Notes: generated by a model not told the origin, from the sequence alone. Counted from the first letter of the stretch, positions 26,562 to 39,718 are shown. The stretch: 64,000 nt of DNA from Octopus vulgaris (GCA_951406725.2 OX597819.1:18538001-18602000); one strand, 5' to 3'. Made by a program: numbers and translations.

Positions 26562-26856
26562 TTGACGCCCTTTCGGCTACGATGACGAAGGTTTCGGCTG
26601 ATCTCATCAAAGGGGCAGCCTGCTGCTGAAATTAACGTGAAGGTGGATGAGCACTCCGCATACCAGAGTGGCACAGAATGTTATTAGGCTGGCCCCCGTT
26701 TAAATTACACTTGCAACTAATTTTTGTCAGCTGAGTCGACTGGAGCAATGTGAAATAAAATATCTTGCTCAAGAAACACAACGTGCCGTCGAGAATCGAA
26801 CTCATGCTCTTACGATCGTTAGCCGAATGCCCTAAACACAAAGCCACGCACTTTCA
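26562..26856 (-). mobile_element. tRNA-derived SINE with family D head/body and family C-type tail
   Basis: Head gagttcgattctc, body ttcttgagcaagata...ttgctccagt, tail gtgctcatccaccttcacgttaatttcagcagcaggctg. Confidence 0.75.
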
Positions 26857-27051
26857 AAGCAAATTTCACCATCTTCAAAAATGTAAGCCTTTTGTAAGAC
26901 AGACCTGGATAGACAATGCATAAAACAATACAAAAGTATGCCGTAGAATGAAAGGAATTAATCATAGGCTTCCTTGTCCAATGGAATATACGAAGTCTGA
27001 ATATCATATCACAGTCGAACTATTCAGAACTAAATACGTAGGTATATACAT

Positions 27052-27427
27052 GTGTGGCTGCGTAGTAAGAGGTTCGCTTCACAACCACATGGTCCCAATA
27101 GAACTTCGGCATGTGCCTTCTACTATATATTTCTTTACTACCCACAAGGGGCTAAACACAGAGGAGACAAATAAGGACAGACAAAGGATTTAAGTCAACT
27201 ACATCGACCCCAGTGCGTAACTGGTACTTAATTTATCGACCCCGAAAGGATGAAATGCAAAGTCGACCTCGGCGGAATTTGAACTCGGAACGTAACGACA
27301 GACGAAATACGGCTACGAATTTCGCCCGGCGTGCTAACGTTTCTACCAGCTCACCGCCTTTACAATAGCCTCGGGCCTACCAAAGCCTTGGGAATGGATT
27401 TCGTATATGGAAACTGGGAGAAGCCTG

Positions 27428-27435
<8 letters not shown>
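27052..27435. mobile_element. SINE family B (+) interrupted by a full SINE family A copy (-, about 27128-27361)
   Basis: Family B sequence ...gccttctactata| resumes as |atagcctcgggcctaccaaagcctt after the family A insertion. Confidence 0.75.
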
Positions 27436-27464
<29 letters not shown>

Positions 27465-28790
27465 CATTTGTGCGTGTGTGGTGTATGTATCTGTGTCTGT
27501 CTGCTGCCTATCACCGCGTGACAGCCATATTGTTGGTGCGTATACATACCTGCAATCTATTCATGTTTATCGCTCTCGCTATATTTGTATAATATCAAAA
27601 CATGTATGCTGGGCAGCTGGCAGAAACGTTAGCACACCGGACGAGATGCTTAGCGATATTTCGTCTGCCTTTACGTTCAAGTTCAACCGACGTCGACTAT
27701 GCCTTTCATCCTTTTGGAGTGGATAAATTAAATACCATTTGCGTACTTTGGTCGATCTAATCGACTGGTCTCCTCCCCCAAAATTGCGGTCCTTGAGCCT
27801 AGAGTAGAAAAGAATTGTAAACATGTCGGACCAAATTCCTTTCATTCGTCGTTATTTTCTGAGTTCAATATCTACCGACCGAGACTTGGCTCGATATCGT
27901 TTCGGGGTGGATAATTTAATTGCCAAGCTCCCCAGCCCCACCTCAAAATTCCAGATCTTATGACGATACTAGAATGGATTATTACGATATATATTTTTTT
28001 TTCGTTTACGCACAAAACATTATACCTGAACTCTAAATAAAAGTTGTATTTCCGCTGGAACCAGAAGACCCTTAATGCACTCAGCCCACGCAACTCGCCT
28101 ATGCAAATATTTGTTTGACGATCGAACAGTTGAATCGATATATTGCTGACAGTTCATTTGAAATGCGGCTTACCTCTATCGTTATAAATAATATTATAAG
28201 TATTTGGAGAGAAATGAAGTCGCACTGCTTACAGACTGATTCGACCGCTAATTGCTATGCGGAAAAAAAATTGTTTCATTTGTTTATGTTGTGTAAATAA
28301 TGACTAAATTAAAGAAACAAAACAAATAAATAAACAAATCAACTATTTGATTGTTATGATTTATTTGTCTGTCGATGGATTGTGCCCATGCTGGGGCACT
28401 TCTTGGTTGGTTTTTGTCTAAGAAGTCCTTACGTTGATTTGTTAAAGTCCGCTAATTATACTATCTGTCTCTTTTGATAAATTGAAAAGGAAAGCAACAC
28501 CGATTTTCAAGTGGTGTGTGTGTGGAGGGGGCTAACAAACACAGATACAACAACACAAAGGCAAAGACATATATATATATGTGTGTGTGTATACGTGTGA
28601 GTGTGTGTGTGCGTGTGGGTGGGTGTGCGTGTGGGTGTGTGTGCTTGTAGGCACATATATATGTATATATGTATATATATATATAACAAATTTAGGATAT
28701 TTATATATTTAGTCTTTGACTATTTTCTCTTTTCCACTAGGCCGCTAGTAGCGATAAATTTCTATTGAATTTTTTGCTACCCTAAATTGA

Positions 28791-28864
<74 letters not shown>

Positions 28865-28984
28865 GATAAGCTTCCAAGCTTCCAACCATTTATCACCACA
28901 ATTGAAGACCATTTTTGAAGTGAGACAGAACCCAAAACCAGAGGCTTTGTTTTCTTCAAATAACCTATATAATAAGACTTACAC

Positions 28985-29330
28985 TTTTCCTCTGTCTTCT
29001 GTTTCTGAAAAAGAGCTTTGCACGAAACGTTAAACAACCTTTCTTTCCTTCCTTGATCGTCTGCTAATACTTACATGTAACACGTCCTCACGTTCTTGTT
29101 TTTTTAGCGTTTCTTCTCTTTTTGGGGTGTGTGGGTTTACAATATATATATATACATATATATATATACACATTTTTATTTTCTCTCCCTGTTTCATTCT
29201 GTGTCCCTTTCTGTGGAAGAGCGTTGGCTTGAAACGTTAAAGACTTTTTCACTTCCTGAGCGTTAAACAAATACATCTGTTTGTTGTCTAAATGACCTTT
29301 CTTCGTCTTGCTTTTTTGTGAATTCCCCCA
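28985..29330 (+). mobile_element. Two adjacent short hammerhead-bearing elements separated by (TA)n
   Basis: gtttCTGAAAAagagctttgcacGAAAcgttaaac (29001-29035, degenerate) and ctttCTGTGGAagagcgttggcttGAAAcgttaaag (29207-29242). Confidence 0.7.
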
Positions 29331-29395
29331 ATACATATATATATAGAGAGAGATATATGTGAGTGTATATATAGATATGTGCATACATATATATA

Positions 29396-29484
<89 letters not shown>

Positions 29485-29741
29485 CTTTGTAGTTTACCAT
29501 ATTTGCATTCCGTTGCAAATACAACTCCTTCATTTGTTGTCAGATCGAGGATTGTTTATGGAGAGCTTCAATAATGTTGGTTTTGTTGTTATTTTTCCCG
29601 AGGAAATGAGTTGTGATTTGAGGAACACTTGCATGTTGTCCCTAGCAGGTGTAACCATGTGATTACTCATTAATTCCCTTGTATGTAACAGTATAAATCA
29701 ACGAATTATTATGATACGTGAATGAATAATGCATGACGCAA

Positions 29742-30190
29742 TAGTAGTAGTAGTAGTAGTAGTAGTAGTAATAGTAGTAACAGTAGTAGTAATAGTAGTA
29801 GCAGCAGAGGTAGTCTTAGTAGTAGTAGTGGTAGTAGTAGTAGTAGCAGCGGCAGTATTATTATTATTATTAGTAGTAGTAGCAGTACTTGTGGTGGTGG
29901 TGGTTCTGGTAGTGCTAATTGGAAAATTAGTAGTAGTAGTAGTAGCAGCGGCAGTATTATTATTATTATTAGTAGTAGTAGCAGTACTTGTGGTGGTGGT
30001 GGTTCTGGTAGTGTTAACTGGAAAATTAGTAGTAGTAGTAGTAGTAGTAGTTGAATTAGTAGCAACAGAATGGGCGGCAACAGCAGCAGCAGCAGTAGCA
30101 GCAATAGTAGTAGTAGTGGTAGTAGTAGTAGTAGTTGTAGTAGTAGTAGTAGTTGTAGTAGTAGTAGCAGTAGTAGTAGTAGTAGTATCA
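29742..30190. repeat. (GTA)n-based compound microsatellite with an internal 99-nt tandem duplication
   Basis: gcagcggcagtattatt...gtggttctggtagtg.taa.tggaaaatt occurs at about 29846 and 29945. Confidence 0.9.
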
Positions 30191-31282
30191 TGTAGTTGTT
30201 AGACATTAGTATATTTTCATGATTCAACAAGAGCTAGGTCAGTTGGCTTGTGAGCATAAGTGTGTATGTATGTGTGTGTGTAATTGTATGCATGTACGTT
30301 ATATGTGTGTGAGTGTATGCACAATATGCTTGTGCGCGTAATCTTATCTCTCTACACCAACAAAAGTATGTGTGAATTTACACACGTACGTAAGTGTATT
30401 ATTCTCATTAATATATTTAACATTTATTCAGTAGGTCAGTTGTATACAAAAAAAGAGGTTAGTGATGGCATACAACACATCACTGGCAGCATGTCTGTCA
30501 ATATGTATTCTTATTCATAGAGAAATTCTATTAATAATTCATGAATACTTTCACGTGTAAATAAATATTTATTTGAAAACAAGGTAGCTATTAATAATAA
30601 ATACAGCTAACCCCTTCTCCTTTCATTGTGATATTCTAGACGACGACGAAATGGTGAAATGCATTAAACTGTTGCCAAGGTACTTTCTTCTGGCATAATG
30701 CAAATGTAAAGAGTTGTTTCGCCACTAAAATAATGAGGGTCGATGTACTCAGAGTTAACACACGATCTATAGGTTTGTTTCACTCTTTGCTTTCGTATTT
30801 TCATTAACCTGGCTGATTTACTATTCTCACTTGATCTTACTCACGAAACGGAGACAGCACCGAGTGCAGTAGTTAATGATAAACTATACATACGTATTAG
30901 AGCAGGTGATGATGATGATGGTGATTACACATGTCGTTGGTTCACTTGTGGGACTCACGGCATCATTGTTCGTTAGGAATGGCTGTGCCGTTGCCAAGTT
31001 TACAACACGAGAGGAATTTGAATTTCATACACAATAAATGCAGTTCAGAGTGAAACTTTTTGGCAGAAGATTGAATCTGTTTTGTATTGTTAGTTGGAGT
31101 CGGGGCGGGGCGCGCAGGACTATCTACAGGACAACCGAGATTTGTAGGAAGGTGAGGTTGAGAGAGGAGAGAGAAATGGGAGAGAGAGAGAGAGAGAGAG
31201 TGAAGAGAAGGGAAGAGAGAAGAGAGAAGGCAGGGGAAGCGAGAGCAGGAGAGATAAGAGAGAAGGGAATAGAGAGAACAGA

Positions 31283-31320
<38 letters not shown>

Positions 31321-31482
31321 GTAGCGAACAGTAGGTATCCTCAAACAGAAAGCTTGACCCGAATGCTTGCAACAGAGTGATCGACGTCTCCTCGTCCAAT
31401 TCACCCTGGAAGAAACGCTGGTGCTCCAGATGGTGACCAATTATAGATACTGCCACCCGTGGGATATTGATACTTTTTCCAT

Positions 31483-32053
31483 GGGCATATGGCGTAGTGG
31501 TTTAGAGCGAGGGCTACTAACCCCAAGATTCCGACCTCGATTCCAGGCAGTGACCTGAATAATAATAATAATAAGAAGAAGAATGATAATAATAATAATA
31601 TTAATAATAATTCTGCTCAATACCACAGATTTGCTTGTCAGTTGTTTGACCTTCACCAGTTGAGCATGTCCCTTAGTGGCTGACGATATGTGCATCTCTG
31701 ATCACGAGCAGAAGTAGTGGGGGAGCATTATAGCCATGTGTTGAGAGGGATTCTTTGGCGTTTGAATAATTCACCTCTGGAAACATGGGTGGTTCTTTCA
31801 ACATCCTTAAACAACCCTTATTCAGGGACCTTTTGAGCGGGATGGGCTACTCAACCTGAAGACATTTCTAACTGGGCCCCACCTGCAAGGTCATGTGCTG
31901 TTTATCTTGATATGAGATTACCATGTCGCGCACATATGGTTGTGATGCATGTGCCTGGTGTACCCTTATCAGACGGGTATTCATGATGGGTATATTGGGC
32001 TTCGTATACTTTACCCCAGTATCACTTTGATGGCATGCACTGCTCTCTCACTC

Positions 32054-32124
<71 letters not shown>

Positions 32125-32305
32125 TGATGATGATGATGATGATAATAACATCATCGAAAAATATCTCTTAGGAATGAGAACACAAGTTCGAACTTTCCCC
32201 AAGACACCTGATGGAGACTGGGGGGTATATCAGCCGAAAAGTTGTGTTAACAACAAACAAGATGGGGACAAATATTCGTCAAGTGTAAATAATGTAAGTA
32301 ATGTA
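31483..32305 (+). mobile_element. Stand-alone Penelope terminal module (tRNA-like head 31483-31555, split (AAT)n, hammerhead 32204-32247, pseudo-LTR) with a nested insertion
   Basis: A box TGGCGTAGTGG at 31490-31500 and B-box-like cctcgattcc at about 31535-31544. 32150-32305 matches 6259-6410. Confidence 0.85.
31612..32053 (+). mobile_element. (AAT)n-associated non-coding retroposon fragment (family E), nested in the Penelope terminal module
   Basis: Closely matches about 46629-47060 and, for its 3' part, 45611-45748. The copies share a 3' end (...gcatgcactgctctctc) followed by AAT repeats and differ in their 5' ends. Confidence 0.8.
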
Positions 32306-32494
32306 TATGATAAGAAAGTATGTTTTATAGATTCTTCATTTCTGAGTATTCCACGTACGTGAAGCTGTGGTGAGGATTATGCCGAAAATAAATTTCATAT
32401 GCAGTTTAGACAAATATATTTATAACATGAAAAGCTTCTTAAAATATATTCACCCTCATTCCGAATACGAGGAAAACATTCCACATTCCTTATT

Positions 32495-32912
32495 TCTTAT
32501 ATCTTTATTGCCCACAAAGGGCTGAGCGTAGAGGAGACAAGCAAGAACAGACAAAAGGATTTAGTCGATTAGATCGACTCCAGTGCGTAACTGGTACTTA
32601 ATTTAACGACCCCTATAGGATGAAAAGCAAAGTCGACATCGGTGGAATTTGACCTCAGAACGTAGCGGCAGACGAAATACCTATTTATTTACTACCCACA
32701 AGGGGTTAAACACAGAGAGGACAATCAAGGACTGACAAACGGATTAAGTTGATTACATCGACCCCAGTGCGTAACTGGTGCTTATTTAATCGATCCTGAA
32801 AGGATGAAAGGCAAAGTCGACATCGGTGGAATTTGAACTCAGAACGTAACGGCAGACGAAATACCGCTAAGCATTTCGCCCGTCCTGCTAACGTTTCTGC
32901 CAGCTCACCGCT
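32495..32912 (-). mobile_element. SINE family A tandem dimer
   Basis: Head at 32912, two unit copies joined at aaataggtatttcgtctgcc. Confidence 0.9.
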
Positions 32913-33554
32913 TCTCTGCATTCCCTATTTCTGCGAATCGCTAGAATGCTCTTTAAGCTCGACAGATATCTTCTGATTGGGAACGCGAGTCAAATGTTTG
33001 AAATAAAGTTTAATCTCCTTTATGTAGTCATGGCGATGATGATACTTTCGATGGCGTGAATTGTACAGGTTTCTCTGTTGGATATCCTCAAACCAATTTC
33101 TTTGCAGAGGTTCTTATCGATTGGAATCAGTATCTTCAAACTATGATTGCAAAAGTAGCTACAAAACTAGCCGGCCATGTCTGAACATATGTCTCAAAAT
33201 ATTGAAACTGGTGAAATATATGTCGGTATTGAATTTAATGCTTACAAAACATTATAAAAGACGAAATGTTAAATCATGTGAAAAGTTAACTAGGGCAATC
33301 TATAACTAATTACAGTTTTATTATATTAATTGCAACTATCTGAGAATAACTAAGGTAAATTGTATATCATAACGTCGGTGTAAATGGGAGGAGTTTTATA
33401 GGAAAATCAAAGAAATAAAATTGGTCGTTGTGAATTGATTGACTGAGATCGAGAAATTGAGACTGAACTTAGAAAATTTACTCGAATAAAATGATATGGC
33501 GATTTATATTTGAATATAAATACACACACACACATATATACATACATATATATG

Positions 33555-33605
<51 letters not shown>

Positions 33606-33663
33606 ATATATATATATAGATATATAGATAGATATATATATGTATGCACATATATATATAGTT

Positions 33664-33705
<42 letters not shown>

Positions 33706-35625
33706 AGCCAGTAGGCGGGGTATTAAAACAATACTATAAATACAAGATAGATCAAGAGGCAATCTGATGACATAATAAGCGAAAGAAAATTAGATAATTA
33801 TTACAGTTCCATTCAATGTTGACTAAATCGAAAATACTTTGCAAAATTGTATATTAAAATCTATCGATAATGGAGATTTAATTATGACTTGAGATAGGAC
33901 AAGAGTTAAACTAAGTGTGGAGGTCAGCAGTCAATATTGATGTTCGATTATATATATAAAAAAAAATTATGTTCGATCTGTATTGATTAACACACAACTA
34001 TATACATAATTAGTTCCTGCTCTAGCTTACATGTGAAGGTATAGGTGGCTGTTTGATCGGCTAGAATGGTGAAAATACCAGTCAAATCTCAAGCAAATAT
34101 ATTCTTGCCCTCATAGAATAAAGGCACACATGGGATATTAGAGTTATATAACTGCTTTGCATGCCTTAATAGAGAGCTGACAGAGATGGGGTGAGCTGGA
34201 GATAAATAACCCTATACTTCCTTGTTTCAATCTCTACTTTATAATGCATAAATTTTTAATACATTTATTTTCTAATATTATAAAGTAACATTGCTGTAGT
34301 TTTTCTAATATGGCTGCTTTTTTAGTGTTTTCATAAAGGGTCACTAACAAAACATTTTCAATGACAAATTAAGAAGCCAAATAGGAAACCTGTAATAGTA
34401 GATTAACCAGTTAGAAACAGCACTCAAACCTTAGTCATTAATGGTACATATTTTCCTTACCAGCTTTCGAAGGTTTTTGCAGACATTCAATCCAAACGAA
34501 ACCATAAAAAAGAAAACCCAGGAAGTGGTCCATTCGGCAATGTAACCTTTGATATGGAACGATACGAGATGTTCAACGACTTTGATCATTATTGATATGG
34601 GAAGGATTACCAGCAACCAATGGTTGATCACTTCTCCGTTGCCGTTCTCGTTAAATCATTTCTGTATAATAGAAGTGTTTCTATCCCTTCTTAATATCAG
34701 TCTGCAAACCACCTGCCCCAATTCCTTCCTATATGCATGTCTCCTTTATTTTCTTTCGTCAACAGAGTAACCCCAGTCGAACGTTTAATATGTTGATATA
34801 ACCTAAGTGTCTCACGCAATATTTCTTCTTGACAATCTCGAAAAATTTCTTTCATTCACTTGAATTAGCCTGCTTTCATACAAAATCCCTTACTAAATGA
34901 GGAGGTGGCTAATTGCAGCAAGTTTTATATACTCAAACGTGTGGCCTTCTCATTCTCATAATGATAATTATTCCTACTACATGTATATGTTTTGTATATA
35001 TTTAGAGTCAGTTTTATAAGTTTCACCACGCCTACATTCAGTATTTGAGCATCAGTTAAAATATTTTTGTATACCCGACACTAAATTTCTAGATTTTTCT
35101 CACCCTTTAACTATTATATTTTGGAGTTTCACAAAACATTTTATAAGCGGACATATTTAAAGTAAGATTGATATGATATTTTATGGTGAAGTATATTGAG
35201 CATGGACTCGTAAAACTCTTTCAATACGACACGAGTCATTAATCCTCGTTTATTTCAGACTTCTATCAGCACGGACATCCACGCCCTCATTCCACGCAAA
35301 AACTTCGAATATATTGATTATCGTGGACTGCAGGCAAGACAAGCCATTGTAAAGGAAGCGGGCAGTCGATTAAATAGACCCCACCATGTTAGCAGTTGAT
35401 AGTATATCGATCATTGGCGGATGAAAAGCAATATAAAGACGGCCTAAATTTCACCTCAGAACATAAGGGTGAAGTACTCAAACATTACAGGGTATATTTA
35501 ATACGATATATTATCGTTTCAGCTGACTTACCACACTTGAAACGTTGCTTACATTAAGAGATAAACTCAATAGGTTGCATTGAATTGAATTATCTGTATA
35601 AGGCTGTGTGGGTATAATATATATG

Positions 35626-35667
<42 letters not shown>

Positions 35668-35744
35668 TATACATAGGTGTCTGTGTGATAAAATGCATAA
35701 ACATATGCAAATATGCAGCACACATACACACATATATATGTATA

Positions 35745-35851
<107 letters not shown>

Positions 35852-35927
35852 GTCTCTGCATATACATATATTTGTATACATATATGTATATATTCATATA
35901 TATATGTGTATATTCATATATATATTC

Positions 35928-35967
<40 letters not shown>

Positions 35968-36584
35968 CTATATGAATCTGATACAAATGTGTGGGTGTAC
36001 ATTTATGGACTACTTTTTGTGTTCACGCTTGTACATGAATGTGTCTAAGCATGCAAACGTGTAACTGCGTCTGTAAATGTGCAGCTACAGGGAGCAAATA
36101 TCTTCCTATTACCCTTGATCAATCCAATCTGATCTCCAATGAAAATTACTGCAGCCAATCCCATCTTGGCTTGTGTGTATCTAAAACTATCCAATCTGAC
36201 ATTAGTTTCTTCTTCTGTATGTGTAACACTTTTACTTTCTAAGTTCAAATCTTCGATGATCAATTTTCTTACATCCCTCCGAAAGTCGACAAAAAGAGGA
36301 ACGAAAAAAATTACTCGGATCGATAAAAAGACCAACATCCTCCCCTGAAAACTTCTTCGCGAGATAAAAGATTACACTTTCTTTCTACTATACAATTACG
36401 TTTGTGGTTTGGGTTTCTTATTTTCTATCGATTAGAAGGCACTGTTTGAGCACACCCACGGCCTAATGCAATCTATCACATAATATATTTTTCAAAGATA
36501 ATGTAGTACATCAGACTGTCAGGAGGAGAGCTTTGTTACATCTAGCAGGTTTAGGACCAAAATGTACGCCATCTTTGTTTTCAT

Positions 36585-36735
36585 AATGGTAGTTAAATGT
36601 TTTGCTAACCAACCACATGTTTCCATGTTCAGTCCCACTGCGTGTCACCTTGGGAAAGTGTCTTCTGATATAGTCTCGGGCCAACCAAAGACTTGTGAGT
36701 GGATTTCGTAGACGGAAACTGAAAGAAGCTGCTCG

Positions 36736-36818
<83 letters not shown>

Positions 36819-37018
36819 ATGTGTGTGTGTGTGTGTGTGTCCCAACATCACTTGGCATCGATGCTGGTGTGTTTACGTCCCTGTAACTTAGCGGTTCGGT
36901 ATAAGAGACCGATAGAAGTACCAGGCTTACTAAATATTAGTCCTGGGGACGATTTGCTCGACTACAGGTGGTGCTCCGGCATGGCCGCAGTCAAAATGAG
37001 TGAAACGAATGAAAGAAT
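36585..37018 (+). mobile_element. SINE family B copy
   Basis: Matches 2988-3418, with an expanded internal (TA)n. Confidence 0.85.
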
Positions 37019-37139
37019 ACATGTGCGGGCGTGCGTATATGTATATATATATATATATATATATACGTATATACATATCATATGCATGCATATGTGCAAC
37101 TTCAAAGAGTGTTTTTCTCATGTTTCAATCATTGCATTG

Positions 37140-37295
37140 CGTCCATGAATAAACTGACTCCTGTACTTGTATTTTATTCTAGTCTAGTTATTGCCTTAAC
37201 CGTCTCTTTTGCCGAAGCGCTAAGTTGTAGAGACTTAAACAAAAGAACAACGTTTGTCAGAGTCACAACAACAAAAAGAAACATAAGCACGCATG

Positions 37296-37355
<60 letters not shown>

Positions 37356-37508
37356 CACTCAGTTATTCTACCGAGTTTTTGTCCATGAATTTCACTCATG
37401 AGGTTTTGGACAGTTGTGGCATTCCTTGACCAAGCTACCACCCAGTGGAAATGAACCTGAGATCGTGCGGTTGCACAGCGAGCTCTTTCACCATTCAACC
37501 ACACAGGC
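37140..37508 (-). mobile_element. Diverged SINE family B copy
   Basis: Reverse complement gagcctgtgtggttga...caggttcatttccactgggtggtagcttggtcaag; 3' acttagcgcttcggcaaaagagacgg. Confidence 0.65.
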
Positions 37509-37509
37509 T

Positions 37510-37543
<34 letters not shown>

Positions 37544-37614
37544 CACACTCACTCACACACTCATTCACATATACATACATGCATACACATAGATATTACA
37601 CAGATATATGTATA

Positions 37615-37848
37615 TATTTCTTTATTGATCACAAGGGGCTACACATAGAGGGGACAAACAAAGACAGACAAACGGATTAAGTCGATTACATCGACCCCAG
37701 TGCATAATTGGTACTTAATTTATCCACCCTGAAAGGATGAAAGTCAAAGTCGACCTCGGCGGAATTTGAACTCAGAGCATAACGACAGACGAAATACCGC
37801 TAAGCATTTCGCCCTGTGTGCTAACCATTCTGCTAGCTCGCCGCCTTT
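37615..37848 (-). mobile_element. Full-length SINE family A copy
   Basis: Reverse complement homolog of 9779-10007. Confidence 0.9.
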
Positions 37849-37866
37849 ATATATATATATACATAT

Positions 37867-37912
<46 letters not shown>

Positions 37913-38407
37913 TACTTATATATTCACATATACATGTGTATATATATATATGTATGTATACATGTATGGATATATGTATGTAATTATGTATATGTATACA
38001 TCAACATCAGTTCAGCCATCATGGATAGCTACATGTGACAGTGATTTGATTTTATCTGATTAGGGTAACTAAATAACGCCCCCGTGCGATATGCAGTTAT
38101 TTCATACGATTATAGTGTTGACATTGAGATACATCCGGCTTCTGTCTTCGTTGGTCTGATCGATAGTGCATCTGTTAACTGATGTGTATTGAATGTTGAG
38201 TTATAAGGCAAACATTAAAAACATCTTTATGTTTAAGGTGTGTAGCGAGAAAATCAAAAGTGATCAATGACCAGAGGAAGAAATTGTGTATGTAAGCTCG
38301 CATGTATATATGTATGTATGTAGGCATGTATGTATGTATGTATGTATGTATGTATGTATGTATGTATGTATTATGTATGTATGTGTGTATGTATATATAT
38401 ATATATA

Positions 38408-39686
38408 CGAGGGGCGTTCAATAAGTAATGCCCCTGACCCACTTCTCATAGCAGTAGAGCAACGAAACTTGGCACAGTTATTAGTCTTTTTCTACATAGG
38501 AACCACCCAGAGTTACGCATTTCTCCCATTGTTTGATGCAGCTCTGGATACCTTTTTTGTAGAAGACTCCAGCTTGGTCCTCCAACCACGACGTGACTTC
38601 AGAAATCAAGGCTGTATCATCTGGGAAACGTTTTCCTTTCAAAAACAACCTCATGGCTGGGAAGAGGTGAAAATCAGAGAGTGCAAGGTCAGGAGAGTTG
38701 GGGGATGGGGGAGGAGTTCATAGCTGCACGCCTGTGCTTCTGATCTGGCAACACGCGAGCGTTGTCCTGCAGGAGGAGGATGCCTTTGCTGATCTTGCCC
38801 CGCCTCTTGATTTTGTCAGCTTCTCTTAACCTCCTCAAAAGTGAAGCATAATACGCTCCTGTAATTGTGGTACCCTTTGCCAGGAAACCTGTCATCACTA
38901 TTCCGTCCTGGTCCCAGAAGACTGTGAGCATGACCTTACCAGCGGAGGGCTGCACCCTTGCCTTCTTTGGAGGAGGTGAGTCACAGTGCTTCCACTGCAT
39001 TGACTGGGCTTTGGTCTCTAGATCATAGTGATGGACCCAGGTTTCATCCTGTGTAATCAGTCTTTTGAAAAATTTTGACTCATCTTCTTGGCACATCTCC
39101 AAATTCATCCTCGAGCACTAAACGCGTTCTTGCTTCTGGAAAGGTGAGAGCAACCTGGGAATCGATCTGGCAGACACCTTTTGCATATGCAAATGGTCAT
39201 GAATGATATTTTCCACAGACCCGGTACTAATCTTGACCTCATAGGCTATTTGGCGAATAGTTATGCGTCAATCTTCCAAAATGGCAGCCTCAACTTGACG
39301 GACAGATGCCTCATTAATGGCGGAAAGGGGGCGACCAGATCTGGGAGCTATTTCCACAGAGTTCCGACCATGTTTGAATTCACGATGCCAGCGTTTTACA
39401 AGGTCATATGATGGGGCATCATTACCATAAGTTACTTTCATTTCATCAAAAGTCTCCCGTGGTGTGCGTCCTTTCAAATACAAAAACCGGATCACTGCTC
39501 GACACTCAACAGGCTCAATTTCACACTTGACTCAGTTCAAACACTTGTAAATCAGAAACCACAATAAGTTCAGAGCTGTAATTTGACACTTAATCTATAG
39601 AGATAGAAATGATTTCACATGCAAAATTTTAGCTAGATCAATGAAATGCAAGAGGGTCAAGGGCATTACTTATTGATCGTCCCTCG
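38408..39686 (-). mobile_element. mariner DNA transposon, both TIRs present, transposase inactivated
   Basis: TA|cgaggggcgttcaataagtaatgcccctgaccc at the left end. The right end reads TA|cgagggacgatcaataagtaatgcccttgaccc in reverse complement (3 mismatches over 33 nt). TA flanks both ends; 1279 nt. Confidence 0.95.
38480..39520 (-). pseudogene. mariner transposase pseudogene
   Basis: RAVIRFLYLKG...VKRWHREFKHGR...RSGRP (ORF 39268-39495), ITQDETWVHHYD...GKVMLTVFWD...LLQDNAR (ORF 38689-39108), SPDLALSDFHLF downstream. There is an in-frame stop, a deletion after DNAR, and no ATG at the expected start. Confidence 0.92.

Positions 39687-39718
<32 letters not shown>

Noticed and set aside
29709-30230. 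Poly-Leu / poly-Val ORFs resembling membrane proteins
   Set aside because: (GTA)n microsatellite with a local 99-nt duplication.
31483-31555. Possible functional tRNA gene
   Set aside because: It has A/B boxes and an anticodon-like loop, but acceptor and T stems pair poorly and it is embedded in a repeated element. The same applies to the heads at 22553, 13173 and 60786.
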